DNA of 64,000 nucleotides from Trypanosoma brucei (Eukaryota): NCBI GenBank assembly GCA_000002445.1, contig CH464492.1, positions 222,309 to 286,308 of the forward strand, read 5' to 3'. Shown piece by piece: positions 37,400 to 50,418 of this stretch (position 1 is its first letter; each line of letters starts with the position of its first letter). The notes under the pieces were generated by a model. It saw only the letters and a program-made list of their open reading frames with translations, ran no database searches and was not told where the DNA came from. The position numbers and the translations under genes were made by a program.

Positions 37400-38861
37400 A
37401 TACTAAAATACATGAAACATCCAAAAGTAGCAGCCATAGTCAGAGCCAAATTTCTTATTGACAAGAAAAATGGAATTCTTGCAAGCATTATTTTCCCATT
37501 TTCAGCCTTGAGTTGTACCGCATTCTCCTTTTTGTCTTCCCGCACAGGTTGAAGCAGTTTTCCCATCTTTTTCTTTGTTTTCTTCCTCCCCTTTCTTTTT
37601 GGCTTTGCAAACCCCCTCTACCAGTTCGCATTCTCCGGTGCAATCATCTCCCTTTTTTCCACCACATTCTTTGTCTTTTGTGTCATCAACTTTTGTGGTG
37701 GCATTTTGCTTTTGCTGCTCCCTTTCTAGTTCTTTAGTAAGGATACGTGCTAAAGCGTCGCCTACTGAACTTGTGGTGTTGAGCTTTGCTACTTCTTCGT
37801 ACTTTTCATTTTCACCATCTGTTTGAGGCGCTGTCAGTTTGGTTAGCTTCTCCCAGACATTGCGTTCAAAATGCTCACCGCTAGCGCCGTAGGCCACTGC
37901 TGCTGCGCTTTTAATTGTTTCTTCGTCGCTTTCTGTTATTTTGTTTGCTGCATATTTGTTGGCTAAGGCTTTCAGTACTGCCAGTTTAAAGCTGCTAGCG
38001 CTTCTAACGTCTGAAAAGCTTCTTATGCTCTTGCTGCATGTCCGTGAGTATGTTTGGTCCCGCAGCTGCACCAGAGACTGGTGTGCTGCGGTGTTGTTGT
38101 CTGCCATTAAGCTGGCCGCCGGTGCTGCTACAACCGTTTTTACCTTGGTGTCGCTATCCCAATTTCCTGTTGGCGGTGCTGTTCCAACGTACGACAGGTC
38201 TATCGTTAGGCTCCCCGTGTTCGCTAATTGGGTGTCGTGGCAGCTGTTTCCGCTCGTCGCTATGCAGGTTGCTTCAAGTTTGGCATGTGTTAGTACTTTG
38301 GGTGTTGGTTCCTCGAGTTTTTCTTTTTCTAAGTCCATTGTGATGCCTTTTTGATCCGCTCGAGTGTCATCGCATTTGGTCACGGTGATCGCGCCAAGTG
38401 TTTTAGGGCTTAGCTGCGCTGTCGCTATGTGGCTTGATTCGTCGGGAGCTACTTTTAGCTGCGTTTCGGAGCCAATCAATTGGGCGGCTGCCTGGTATTT
38501 GGAGATTGCGGCTGAAACTGCTGCCGTTGCCTTTGCTATCTTCGTCTCTGCATCTGCAATGCTGCTTCGGCACGCGGCTATTAGCTCCGCGGCTGCCGCC
38601 AGCACCGGTGCTGCTTTTTTTTTTGAAGTCCAGTGAACCTGTGCGAGTTGCTGATACAAGCCTAAAGTAATCAAGAAGCGCCGCGCTGTGTTGGCCCTGA
38701 GCTGCTGTGAAGGCAGTTGTATAGGTTTCGAGTCGTCTTTGGAGGCGCTTTGCACAGTCACATGCGCTGCTGCACGGTGTTAGCTTCTGTCCGGGCCCTA
38801 TTGCCGTCGCTGATCGTGCCCAGGTTATTATTGCCAGCGCTGTGATGAGCTGTCTCTTCAT
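37400..38861 (-). pseudogene. VSG: VSG pseudogene (I); frameshift at an A10 homopolymer (38615-38624) and at the C-terminus
   Basis: ATG ~38861: MKRQLITALAIITWARSATAIG (signal peptide) in frame 1, then a shift at the KKK/A10 run into ORF 37502..38761 (...AAPVLAAAAELIAACRSS...). The C-terminus NSIFLVNKKF / LALTMAATFG is split between two frames. Confidence 0.75.
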
Positions 38862-40469
38862 TGGAGTTGGTGTGTTCTCAACGGCTAAAAATCCCTTTTT
38901 AGTGCGCCTGGTTATGGAGATTATGAAGTTTTTATATTGCAGTGTTTTTTTCACTAGTGAGCCTAGCAAAGGCACGCGCTGCTGTTGGGATTATAGTGCG
39001 CTCGGTGGTCAACTTACTGAAGTCTGTAAAAATGTAAGTTAATATCGCTGAAAGCCTGAATATACATATATATATTAACAATATCCTCATTGTTGTCTAT
39101 AGTATTCACGCTACTTAGAACATCAAAAGATTGCTGTGATATATAAAGCCATTTTCCTTGTGGCTGTACTACCTTAGAATTTTTGGGAGTTTGTGCGCAG
39201 GGTGGAACCGTTGTGGTATATGGGCTCATACTTATTCTATGGTTTGCCTCCTAAGTTCATCGCTGTTGGTACTTAAGATGGCTTTCACTATGGCTCTAAG
39301 TTTCAGTTCTTCTGCTAGTGCGCAGTTGTCCTTTGCCACTGCTGTTTTAATATGGCTGTGTTCTCCCTCATATTCTTTCAGTGTTGTCAGTTTCTGGTAA
39401 AGTTCTGGGTTATGGCAGCTGCTCACCTTCCAGCAAGATCAGCCTCAAATATTGCTTTTTGTCTTGCTAATGTTTTTAATCCGCAGATGCCTTTTGTACA
39501 CCAGAGTTTCTAATGGTAAAAATCTTGTATTTCTTTTTTATTTAAGTCAACTGGTCTTCTAATGCAACCTAGCTGCTTCTATCAACCACAATTTCCTTTC
39601 TACTATTTCCTTCTTTTAACTTCTCAACACACAAAGCAGTAATGGTGATAACATGCTTCTGAAAAATTGCTGTTCACTACTATTTACTGCTTGGTATTAA
39701 TAAGTCGAATAGAAAAGCATTAATTCCACAAGATATCGAATTTTCAAAATCATTATTTTAGCCACACTTTCTAAACTTTTGTATGATTCATTCTAGGAAA
39801 AAGTAAATGATTACTTCTATATGATTAATTGTCAATTCGCCTATTTGTAGAAGCAGCCAAGTATCACTGCTTCTACCCTACATTCTGATGCAGTAACGGA
39901 TTTTAATGGTGTTTTTTCGTGATTTTTGGGTGCTGGTTTACGTCTTCTGTTAGTCTTTTTAATGTAGTATTGGTTTTGGCATTTAGCGAATGATTGGGTG
40001 CACTCGTAACCTGCTTGCCCGTGTGTCTTTTGCACTTTATGGCATTTTGCGCCGGAAAGACGCACGTTAAGATCATTTGTACGGATTTTATGAGCCTACC
40101 TGCTTGCTGCAGACCCGATCAAATACGTCATGATATTTTAAATGAAAATAATACAGTCTCAAAAGACTTCTTGAAGTCATGATGGCAACGGCGCTATAAT
40201 ATGTCTTCCGTTTCTATCGTTTCTTTATGCTTATTGTGTATACTCTATTGGTTTCACACACTGCACTTTGTCTTTCCCTCATTATCCCCATCCATCATCT
40301 CCTTGTGTATTATGGTTGCAAGTGCCCTGTTTGTGTTTGAACTTCGGCATATTCTACCCCTCTTCCTATCTTTTTCCTCCATTTTCTCATTTTTTCTAAG
40401 TTTCTTACTCCCATTTCAACTTTTAGATTGCTTTAAGTGCTACTCTTTTGCCAATTATTTATAATTCAC

Positions 40470-40570
40470 AACAATTCTTATTAAAATATTAGTATACATG
40501 CACTCAATCACTCTTATATTATAACTGTTACTTTTATTACTATTATCATTACTATTATTACCCGAACTAA
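40470..40570 (-). repeat. 70-bp repeat(s), minus orientation
   Basis: attagtatacatgcactcaatcactcttatattataactgttacttttattactattatcattactattatt. Confidence 0.55.
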
Positions 40571-40889
40571 TATGAGTCACATAACAATAACACTAATATA
40601 ATGGTTTTTTTATCATCCATAAATTTAACAAGTTAAAAAATAGTTAGAATAGCACTCATTTTACACACTGTACTCTAATACACAACACCCATGGGTCACT
40701 ATCATACTAAAATTTTAGTATTTTTACAATTTTTCACGTTTTCATCACAAAGTGTTGAAAAATATCGAATATTAACGACTTTTAGCAGACTCTTTCAAAG
40801 TAGAAACTTTCATAAACCCTCAAAATTCCTTGAAATTTTACTGAGGTCACAAAAGTAGCATCCATAAGAGTCAATTTCTTATTTACGAG

Positions 40890-42375
40890 GAAACTGGAAT
40901 CACGGAACTTCTCCTTTTCTGGCTCTGGTTCAGGTTCACCCTCTTTACCCTTTCTAAATGCGCAATTTTTCTTATCGCCTGTTTTGTCATTTTCACAAGC
41001 GGTTTTATCGGTTTCGTGCCTTGTACACCCAGTTGAAACTTCTCCCTCTTTTGGTTTCTCTCCTGCTGCTGTGTTTCTGACCCTGCTCTAGGTTTGCACT
41101 TCCATTTTGTTTTTGTTTTCCTCTCCCATTCTCATTTAGCTTTGGTGCAAGTCTGGTTTGTTGTGTGAGTGTTACATTCCACTTCTGATTTTGCCTTGTC
41201 TTTTTCTTGAGACTGTGCCAGTTGGGCGCATATTTGTTCGATTCCCCCGCCGCATAAGTGGCTTGAGCGGATATTCTTAAGTTGTTAAGGGTCGCTGCTG
41301 TTGTTCATAGTTTTTTTTTCTTTGCTTTCATTTAGCAGCCGCGCAGCTGTTTCGAGCCGCTGCATCCACCTCATTCTTGTTGTTTTTAGTGTCAAGTCCG
41401 TGTTATAGTAGGTTTCAGTCTACACAAATGTGGTCGTTATCGCCGCTGCAGTGGGTGGCGGCTGACTTCCACAGGTATTTGGTTTTTAGCTGCGTCGTCG
41501 TGGTATCCGCCTATCATTTGCTCCAGGTTGCCTATTTCCGTTGCTATGTTCGCCGCCGTGGCTTCCGGCTGCGATACCTCAGCGCAATTTCCGAGCAGCT
41601 TTTTGCTTGCATCTGCCACGTCGCTACCGCCTGTAGACCATGCGTCTCCTAGAGCTGTATGTGTGCACCCCTTGCTGATTCCTGCTGCTTTGCTTGCGCA
41701 AAGACATAGGACGTCATAGGCCAGGTTGTTTCCGTCCTTTGTTCCTTTGCAGTCGTGGTCTGCTCGGTTCGCTTCGCTTGGAGTCTGTAGTGTTGGAAGG
41801 CCATCTGTACCCTTTTTTGTGTCGCCATGCAGTGCCGTCCTCAGAGCCGCTTTAATTTCCTGTGGGTCCGCACCGTTGGCATAGGCTGTCGCGAGAGCGG
41901 CAGCCTCTTCGGCGTAGACAGCTAGTTGCTTTGCCGTTGCCGTTTGTGGCGCTCCCTGCTTGGGTGCAGGGTTTTGTTCTAGCCACTTTTTGTTATCGTC
42001 GTTTGGATATGTGGCCTTTGCTGCTTTGAGCCAGTTTGTCCATTTTTGGCTCCAGTCTGATTCAAAATCTTTGTTTGTGTAATTGCCTTTGGAGGCGGCC
42101 CAGCTGTGGCTCTCTCCACCGTCGCCGAATTTGGCGCGCCATTCAGCGCTGGCTGCTGTCATGTTAAGTTTTTCGATTTCGAATGCGTCTGTGGCGATAC
42201 TGCCGTCGGCTGTTAGCGGTTCTGGATTTGACTGCGCTAGCATTATTAACTTACAAACCGTCCTGTATTCGGCTGCCGATTCTACAGCACTTGTTGCCGC
42301 TTCTACTTCTGCTCCTGGCATCAAAAGTTTTATAACATACAAAAAAGTTAAGAAATACCTTGTGTAACTTCGCAT
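40890..42375 (-). pseudogene. VSG: VSG pseudogene (J); N-domain ORF intact (312 aa), C-terminal domain frameshifted
   Basis: ATG at 42375: MRSYTRYFLTFLYVIKLLMPGAEVEAATS.... CLCASKAAGISKGCTHTALGDAW (type-A-like N-domain). C-terminal domain and GPI-signal remnants at 40890-41440 lie in other frames. Confidence 0.75.
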
Positions 42376-42742
42376 AGTCTTGCTTCTATAACTGAAAAGG
42401 GGAAATAAATTGGTGTTTTCTCCTGATTTTGTCTCCAGCTGTCCCTATTTTGCCGAAAAGAAATGTTAAGTTTACTTCGGTCGTTTTGGTCTTGGTTTGT
42501 AAATCGGAGTTTTGGGGACACCAAAGGCGAAATAAAACGTTTGGCACGGCCATTTTCAGTTTCGTTTGCGTATACTGTCTATTTTACTGCAATTTGTGGC
42601 AGCTAAAGTCCGCCCATGTGCTGTTAACTCGCTCGAATTTGAAGAGTGCTTGGCTGGCCTTTTTTTTTCTTTTAGTTGGCTTCTCAACGGAATGTATTCA
42701 TCTATTTTTATGTGGTGAAAAAAATAATGTTGGGATTTTCTT

Positions 42743-43687
42743 CTAAACATTTCTCGAAGGCCTTTTCACGTGCATTAAATACCGACAATCTTGCATATCC
42801 ACTGTCAATAAACCCTCAAACATTAATTTGTTCCTTATGACTTCTCCAACCATAATATCTTCATTAAGTGCTCTAAAATAGATATATGTTTTGAAATGCG
42901 TGAATTTAATCGGTGACTTTACTAATTTTCTCAAAGGTTTATAGTCAAAACTTTCCTTAACGACATCCCGAGATAGTGTGGATGCATAACCTATTGGGTG
43001 CCATGTAATTTTCTCACTAAATTCTTTAGTATAGCCAACCGCCCTTCCCATATTCAATTTTTCCCTTGGCAATATTTCAAGATACTGCAGATACAATGGC
43101 ACCCTCATAAATATGTCGTCATCTGCTTTCATTAAATAGGGACTATTTTTAGAAAGTAGTTTAACTTCAAATTTGAATCACAAATATGTTTTTCTACTCA
43201 TTGTCAGCTCCGCTTCCCATCCCTAATTACCTGATTATCCAACTTTGTAATTTGATGATGGGTTCACATCACAAACATGTAAAATAGTAATATCCTTGTT
43301 AAAATATCCCTCTTTTTCAACGGCCATTTCTCTGAACTCGCAATGGTTATTTGTACGAGGTGAAAGCGCATATACTATAAGCAACTTCTCACTAAAATTA
43401 TTTGATTTTCTTGCCACTTAAGGATCACTTTAACACGTTTCTCTATGTAAGATTCTCCTTCTAAATCTTTTATCATTATCTATTGAAGGTATACCAGCTA
43501 CAACCAAAAAATCTTCATTTTTCCAAATTCCTCTTACATCCTTCAGAACAAATATCATGTACTCATCTTCAACAATTCTTAGTGAAATAGATTTACATTC
43601 GTTAAACAGGCTATACAGCGACACAAATAGATTAATCCCCATAAGAATATAAGGTAAACAACTCACTGTTGCAGAGATACTTCCCAT
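42743..43687 (-). pseudogene. Beta-1,3-glycosyltransferase-like pseudogene, copy 2; 3'-truncated, with stops
   Basis: MGSISATVSCLPYILMGINLFVSLYSLF...RFRRRILHRETC; then MKADDDIFMRVPLYLQYLEILPREKLNMGRA.... About 80% nucleotide identity by eye to copy 1. It ends ~90 codons early. Confidence 0.7.
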
Positions 43688-44534
43688 ATATTTTATAAGA
43701 TACTATTATGACAGTAATAAAGAACTTACAACATCTCAAAGAATCATAGAAAAACTTTAAAAAATAAGGGAGGTCCACAAATAAGATGTTTAGTTTAGGT
43801 AACCATGTTTACGTATATAAGTAATGGCTCGATATTTTTATGATGTAGTTTTTGGATGATGCATGCTAAGTCTGTGCAGCTTTTGTTTAAGGGCGCACCT
43901 ATGGTTTTTGTTTATAAAAGTGAATTTATTCATGCCCACTGTTGCAAATACGGACCTTTTCTTTCCTTTGCAATCACTTTGCTAACTATTCACTGCTGCA
44001 AGAATTACCGCATGCAGTTGCACTGATTGCTTCATATATAATTATAATTTAACAGATCTATTGGCCGTTGGCTTAAAAAGTCTGATTTTTAACATGATGT
44101 TATCATCACTGTGGATTTATAAGATACTTCTTTGTTGTTACTAATATCTTCTCCCTTTACTATTTAACAATTTCTGAGTAAAGTATGAAACACGATCCTT
44201 ATTACTGAATATTTTCGTAAGAACCGTGGTGTTAAGGATGCCGTTTTCATATTCTTTTTTACGAGTCCTTTTTGGCACTATTTCTTTCATTTATACGCTC
44301 CATTAATCAACGGTAATTGGCCTGAACACAGGACATTTTTTCTCCATGATTGGCTCTTCCATCGTATTCTTGTGTTTGAAACTGTGCGTCTTCTATAACC
44401 TTTTCCCTTTGCGTTTCTGAATTTCCTTTAATGATATTCATCGTTCTTCCTTTTCTGCTCACTTTCTTATTGTCATTTAATCTTACCATTTTTTACTGTT
44501 AATATTTTCACAGTGCATTTGCCCTTTACCAACA

Positions 44535-44600
44535 CTCTTATTATAATATTCGTATATACACACTCACAACACTCTCTTATTAATACAACGTCGGTTATTA
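44535..44600 (-). repeat. 70-bp repeat, minus orientation
   Basis: ccaacactcttattataatattcgtatatacacactcacaacactctcttattaat. Confidence 0.7.
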
Positions 44601-44846
44601 CCCTAACCAACATTCAAAAATGTACAAAATAAAATTTTTTTAGAATAACTCTCATTTTTCACACCATATGTCAATAGTTCTTTGAGCTTTATGCCACTTT
44701 AATGCACAAATTGCCAAAAATTTATTTTTAAAATTCAATAAAAATTATTAATTTTTGCATTTTATTAAAAATTGTTGGTATATGAAAGTTTAAAAAATTT
44801 CAATTAAATCATGTTAAAGTATCATATTTCATAAATTTTATAGTAT

Positions 44847-46353
44847 TCAGAAAAATCCTTTGAAGACAGCAAAAATAAATGCAGCAAATACTTGAGAAAC
44901 AGAAACTCTCAAATTGCTAGAAAACGATTTTTCATTTTTCTTGTCTGTTTCAGCTTTTGGAAAGCATCTTTCACCCTCAGGTTTTTTATCATCAAAATCG
45001 CAACCTTTTTCCTTTTTAAAATCTTCACTTGTTGTATGCTTTTTGCATTCTTCTGCTGATTTTTTCGGTTCTTCTGGTTTGTCTGTTTTGGTGGGACATG
45101 AGGGACTTGCTTGCTTTTTCTTCTTATCTTCTTGCTCGTCAATGAAGTTTTTGAGAGTATAATATGTTTCTGCCTTGTAGAGTTCGTCTGGGTCGTTTAT
45201 TGAATCAAGGGCTTTGTTTGCATCGTTGATTGCTGCTTTCCATGGTTTGAAGTTTTTTGGGGTCATTTTCTAGTTTGTCTTTTAATTTGCTGTTGTCTTT
45301 TCCGTATAGTTGTTGGTTTATTGAGTCAAATAGTGGCTTTGTGGCGTCGTCGGCAGGGTTTGCGTCGCTGCCTTTCAGAATTTTGGCCAGTGCCGCAACA
45401 TCGGGGATGAAGCCTTCTATGCTCAGCCATTTGTGCGTCTTCGTGTGTTGCTGCAAGTGCCTGGCGGCGTCCAGTCCTGCCGCGACTGCTTTAAGAGTTC
45501 TCTCTAGTTCTGTTTGTGTTGGGAACGTGTTTCCTGCTAGGTTTGCTGTGTCGTACTTAAGTACGCCGGCCGAGCTGGTTCGGCGTGTTGTCACCGTGGT
45601 GGCTACGAGCGGTGTGCCGCCTTTGATGCCAACGTTTGTGCCGGTGGTCTGGCACGTTGCTCCCGCTGTGATCGTGCCCCCGCCGTCTGTCGCACAAACA
45701 GAAAGCGGATCGCCGCCTTGGCTGGCCGCCGTCGTTATCTTCACGCTGGCTATACTGATCTGGTCCGTGTCTTCTGCTCCTTTGGCTGTGCCTTCTCTTG
45801 CAGCTTGTCGATTTGTGTCGTCCGTGTAGCAAGCACCGTGGTCATTTTTTAGTGTAAAAGTTAGTTTGTTGTTTGCGCCACTGTTATAGGTCCCCACTGC
45901 CTTTGGCGCGATGTCGGCCAGGGTCAGCACCGAGAGAACAGATATGGCCTCTGATGTCGCGGCTACCTGCTCGACGGCTGCTATGCCTCCTGTTATTTTT
46001 TCGGCCGTTGCTGCGATCTCTGACGTTATCTGCGCCGCATACCGAGTGGCTGCGGCGGCTCGTGTTCGAAGTGCAGCTGACATGGCTGGGTCGCCATTTG
46101 TGGCCATGATACGCATCTGGGCTGCCTTTGTGACGGCTTCCGCTCCGGAAACTGCTGCTGCTTTTATCGTGGTTGCCAGCTGTCCTGCTAGAGCTCGTGC
46201 TTGCGTTGCCACCGTGCAGGGGTCCTGTGCCGCTTTGGCCGCTGTATCTATAGCAGCGTAAGTTGTCGGTAATAAAATCAAAGCCGCTAGCGCTGTCAGC
46301 GCGTGCAGCGGAACTAGAGTTGCTTTGCCATTTTTTAAGTCTTTAGTGTTCAT
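44847..46353 (-). pseudogene. VSG: VSG pseudogene (K), ~502 codons, one frameshift in the 45205-45266 overlap
   Basis: ATG at 46353: MNTKDLKNGKATLVPLHALTALAALILLPTTYAA (signal peptide). C-terminus CKKHTTSEDFKKEKGCDFDDKKPEGERCFPK...SFSSNLRVSVSQVFAAFIFAVFKGFF (same C-terminal-domain type as VSG-G). Confidence 0.8.
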
Positions 46354-47155
46354 CTTGTGGTTTTTGTTGAAATTTTCCTTGCCTTCCTACGAGGGTCGCT
46401 GTTATGGCTGCTTATCCAAGACAACTTTGCTGGTTGACTTCTCTAGAAAGAAAGCTACAGAAACAATTACGTTAGAGTTTGCCTTTATGCTGCAACTTCA
46501 GGTTTTATGCATGGCCCTGGATTCCACTGACTTCTAGCGCATGGTGACTGTTGTTTGATCTCTTGTATTTGTTTTTGTCTGGCAAAATACCACGTTTGTA
46601 GACTTGCGTTGTGGACCGAAATTATTCCTGGCAAACTTCCGCTGATACTCTTGTTTTGTGCTCTATCGCTGGGTCTGTGAATAATTTACAATCTATGAAA
46701 AGCACTACTACATTTTCACAATCGCCGCTGGTGCATGGTATTTTGCCCGAGCAATCAACAGAAGATTAGGAAGAAGCCTGGTAGCTTACTTTTTAATCCC
46801 AGTACCATATTAAGTGCGTAAGGCACCATCGGTTGGTATTATTTTTTAAAGATACCGTAGTCTGTCTTGCATTTGTGCTGAGCGTTAGAGGACAACTCTA
46901 CAATCTGTGTTTTTCCTGCGTAGCTTTATTAGAAAAGCGCCTAGTTTAGACAAAAGTATATACTTTGAATCTATTCCATTTTGTTCTATATCTGTATCTC
47001 CTGTATCTATCGCCTGATTACGCTTTGGTGACTCTAATGCTCTCCAATGTCTGTTGAGTTGATGCATCTACAATGAAGAGATAATGCTAAAGTTTCTGGT
47101 ATGAGCATGACTTTAATCCTTGTTTGACACCTTTCGTGCCTGAACTGAATAGTAG

Positions 47156-48638
47156 TTAAAAATAAGGACATCTTTGGCTTTGCATTCGCATTCGTTTTTC
47201 TTTTAAAAGCACTTTTGCGTTCTGCATTCGGTGTCTATCCATCTCCTGTTCCTGTTGCTGTGCTTTCTGTTCCTGCTTTAGGTTTGCATTTGTTACCATC
47301 TGTGGCTTTATCGTCATAAACTCAGTGTTCGCTTGGGCATTCTGCTGTGCTTTTGTTTTGTGGTTTGCATATCTGTCTTTTGGAAACGGGGTTGGCATTG
47401 TCTGCTTGCTGTGGGTGTGGAGAGATTGGGTCGTCCATAATCAGTAGCGTTGTGTGTAAAGCTTTTGCTCGCTCTTTGAGGTCTGTTAGGTGATCCCGTG
47501 CTTGCTGTGCTGTTTTTCTGGCTTCCTCCAATTGTTCTAGTGCGTCGGCGGCTGCTAACATATGTGCAGCCCATTTGGGTTCTATATGTACAAGTGTTCC
47601 TGCCGCTACTGCTGCTCCGTACTCTACGCACCATGCGGCCGAGCTGGTGCCGCAAGTGTTGCCGTTTGTTTGTTTGCCCATCACGAGCTTGAAGTCATTC
47701 CCGCCTGTCTGCTTTATTTTCGTCAGTGCTGCCGTCACTGCCGCTCTGATGTTGTGTGGTGTTAGGTCGCCTGCCGTTAGCTTGTTGCATTTGCCCGCAA
47801 GGTCCGCTAGTTTCGCCGCTGCCGCATCTGTACTCCAGCCTGTGTTGCCAGTTGCTACACCGCTGCCGCAGACATTAGAGCTCTGTGTGTTGTCTTTAAC
47901 GCAGATGCAGCCTAGGTCTGACAGTAGTGTCAGTCCCGCATTTGGTGCTGCGCAGTCAGCCTGCCGGTTCCCGCTATTTGCCCACTTTAGTTCGTACTTG
48001 CCTCCCGTTGGCGTCGCCTGTGTCCCGTAGAGGGCCTGGTTTAGTTCGTGCTTTACAGATCGGAGTTTTGCCACCGGATCTGCTGCAGAGCTTGTGCCGC
48101 TTACTTTTGGCCTGGTTTGTTTAGCGAGCCTGTCCAGCTGCCTTTGCACACTTCTTCCGGTTGCTGATTCTGCTACCGCCGGGCTTATCGCGTATGTGCT
48201 TTTTTTCTGGGGGTCCTTTAGAGATTCTGTTAGTTTGTCGTGGGCCGCTTTGTATTGGCTGTAATTTGGGTCGCAAGTAACGGGTTTGGTCGGTTTGCTG
48301 CACTCAGGCGGATTCGCGGTTGGAGTTTTCGTTGTCGTCAGGAAACTGTTTTTCCAACCGTCTGTTGAGGCGCTCATGGTTAGGACATCAATTTCTGCTG
48401 CGACACTGTTGTCCACAACATTTTTGCTCTGGTCTGCTGGTGTTAAATGTGCTAATGATATAAGCCGACACAGGATCCTGAACTCCTCTAAATTCGCTGC
48501 CGCCGCGTCCACCTGAAATACAGCTTCCTGCGCTGTCGCCACAATTAAAATGAAAGTTAGAGCGCCGCCATGCCCATGCCCTAGTGATGTCTTTTGCCTA
48601 GAGAACTGAGTTGTTTGTATCTCTTGCTCTTTGACCAT
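47156..48638 (-). pseudogene. VSG: VSG pseudogene (L); 438-aa N-domain ORF; the C-terminal domain, GPI signal and 3'UTR are degenerate or missing
   Basis: ATG at 48638. LTFILIVATAQEAVFQVDAAAANLEEFRILCRL, CICVKDNTQSSNVCG. The ORF ends ...CKPQNKSTAECPSEH* and no recognisable GPI signal follows. Confidence 0.7.
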
Positions 48639-48849
48639 TAGTGGTTTCTAAATTTCACCTGGATAGAAATGTACTGTGGCGCGTGGTAGGTTTTGGTTTT
48701 ATCTGCTAGTGGTGTAGTACGATGCATTTGCCTTTTATGTCTCCTTCAGATGATAGGTGCCTTCCATGTCCGTCCGTGTTGCTTCTTTTGTTTTTTGATG
48801 GAGTCTGCTGTTCAATGCTGTCGCATGACAGGGTGATTATACCTTTTCT

Positions 48850-49523
48850 TTCGCTACTGTTGCCTTGAAATAAATCCCTGGTCTACCTTCTCGCACATTA
48901 AAAGCGTTAAACAAATTCCTGGCTTTAAATTTTTCACCACAAATACTTCCATATTCAAAATCAAATTTATCCACGCCGACCATATAAGTTTCAATTTTCG
49001 ACAAGCCGCTTGTACTTTGTTACATTCTTACCAACTTCTCTCCTTTAACTAACGTTAAAGAACAATAACATCTTTTCAAATGCTCTTTTTGAAGATACCC
49101 TCTTCACTGATATTCTCTTCATGATCTTCTGTATTCTGTATAAAATATTCCACAGCATTCTTATACGTATCACGGTCGGATATTATAACATCAGATCCAT
49201 CCAAATGGATTACAATATCCTCACCATTTGCATTCTGTCTTTCTAAAAACTCCATAACCCATTTCGGCTTCTTAAAATGACTGCACAAATCTCCCATTGC
49301 AATTGTGATAATATCAACATGGCTTAGTTTGGCACGCAATATGAGCCTACACCATCCTTGCTTTGCATGAGCTTGTACTACAATCACAAACACAAAGACT
49401 CCTGTTTTTTAGGATCATTATGTTTTATACTTGCAGCTTTGTAACCTGAAGAGCTATTTCGCTTAAAAACACTAGATGAAACGGCAGAAGTAAGAGTAAA
49501 GTTCACAAGGTAACAAATTCCAT
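48850..49523 (-). pseudogene. ESAG3: ESAG3-like pseudogene, copy d (internally deleted, ~0.67 kb)
   Basis: ATG ~49523: MEFVTL.LLLLLPFHLVFL. VFVFVIVVQAHAKQGWCRLILRAKLSHVDIITIAMGDLCSHFKKPKWVMEFLERQNANGEDIVIHLDGSDVIISD; the middle of the gene is absent. Confidence 0.5.
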
Positions 49524-49939
49524 TCACTAATATACCTTTCGAATTTGAGAGTTTTATAAAGAAAGCTTTAAAACCTTAACAAAAGAAGTCAGTAGCTACA
49601 GAAGCCAAGTTTAATTTCTCCGACGAGTTTCTCATTTGAATTATAAAACATGCCACTCCTTATCTAAATTTAAAACTTTAAGGTCTATGGTCCGTAGTCG
49701 CACCTGAATTTTTAACTAAAATAGCGACTTCATCTCACTTGTACACTAAAATTATTATCTCCATTGCTGTCCTCAGAATTATTTATATGAGGTAAAAGAA
49801 TAGCCATATTCATATTTGCTCTGAAACTGCGCACGTCCCATATCATTTTCTTTCTCTCCCTGTCCACTTACTTGCTGTCATTTCTCCTTTGTGCTGGTAT
49901 ATCCTATCATTTTCATTATCATAAATATTATTATTACTA

Positions 49940-50170
49940 ATCTAAGTATAATATTCGTATATACACACTCACAACACTCTCCTATTATTATTATTATCAT
50001 TATTTATTATTATTATTATCATTATTATTATTATTATTTATTATTATTATTATTATTACTGCTGTTATTATAATATTCGTATATACACACTCACAACACT
50101 CTCCTATTATTATTATTATTATCATTATTATTATTATTATTATTTATTATTTATTATTATTATTTTAGCT
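49940..50170 (-). repeat. 70-bp repeats (~3 units) with long TTA runs
   Basis: Repeated ...ataatattcgtatatacacactcacaacactctcctattattattatt.... Confidence 0.8.
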
Positions 50171-50418
50171 CTTACTATTATACACATAATAAACAAAATA
50201 ACATTAATTATAATAACACCTATTGTTCATTCCCTGTCACTATACTATTTTAAAACCATATCCCACTTTCATACATTCTTTGCTAAATTTATCATTTTAA
50301 ATTTTTCTTAAATTTTAATATTTCTCAAAGTTTTAACAAAAGTGTTAAAATATTCTTATAAAATAAAATCTTTTCTTATATTTCATAAAATTGAGAAAAA
50401 ATCTCTTACCAATAAATC

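Noticed and set aside
39000-39500. Short minus-strand ORFs (39014..39229, 39232..39426) between VSG-I and its 70-bp repeat
   Set aside because: Only 64-71 aa each, with no signal peptide or VSG/ESAG-like motifs. Treated as noise within the co-transposed region.
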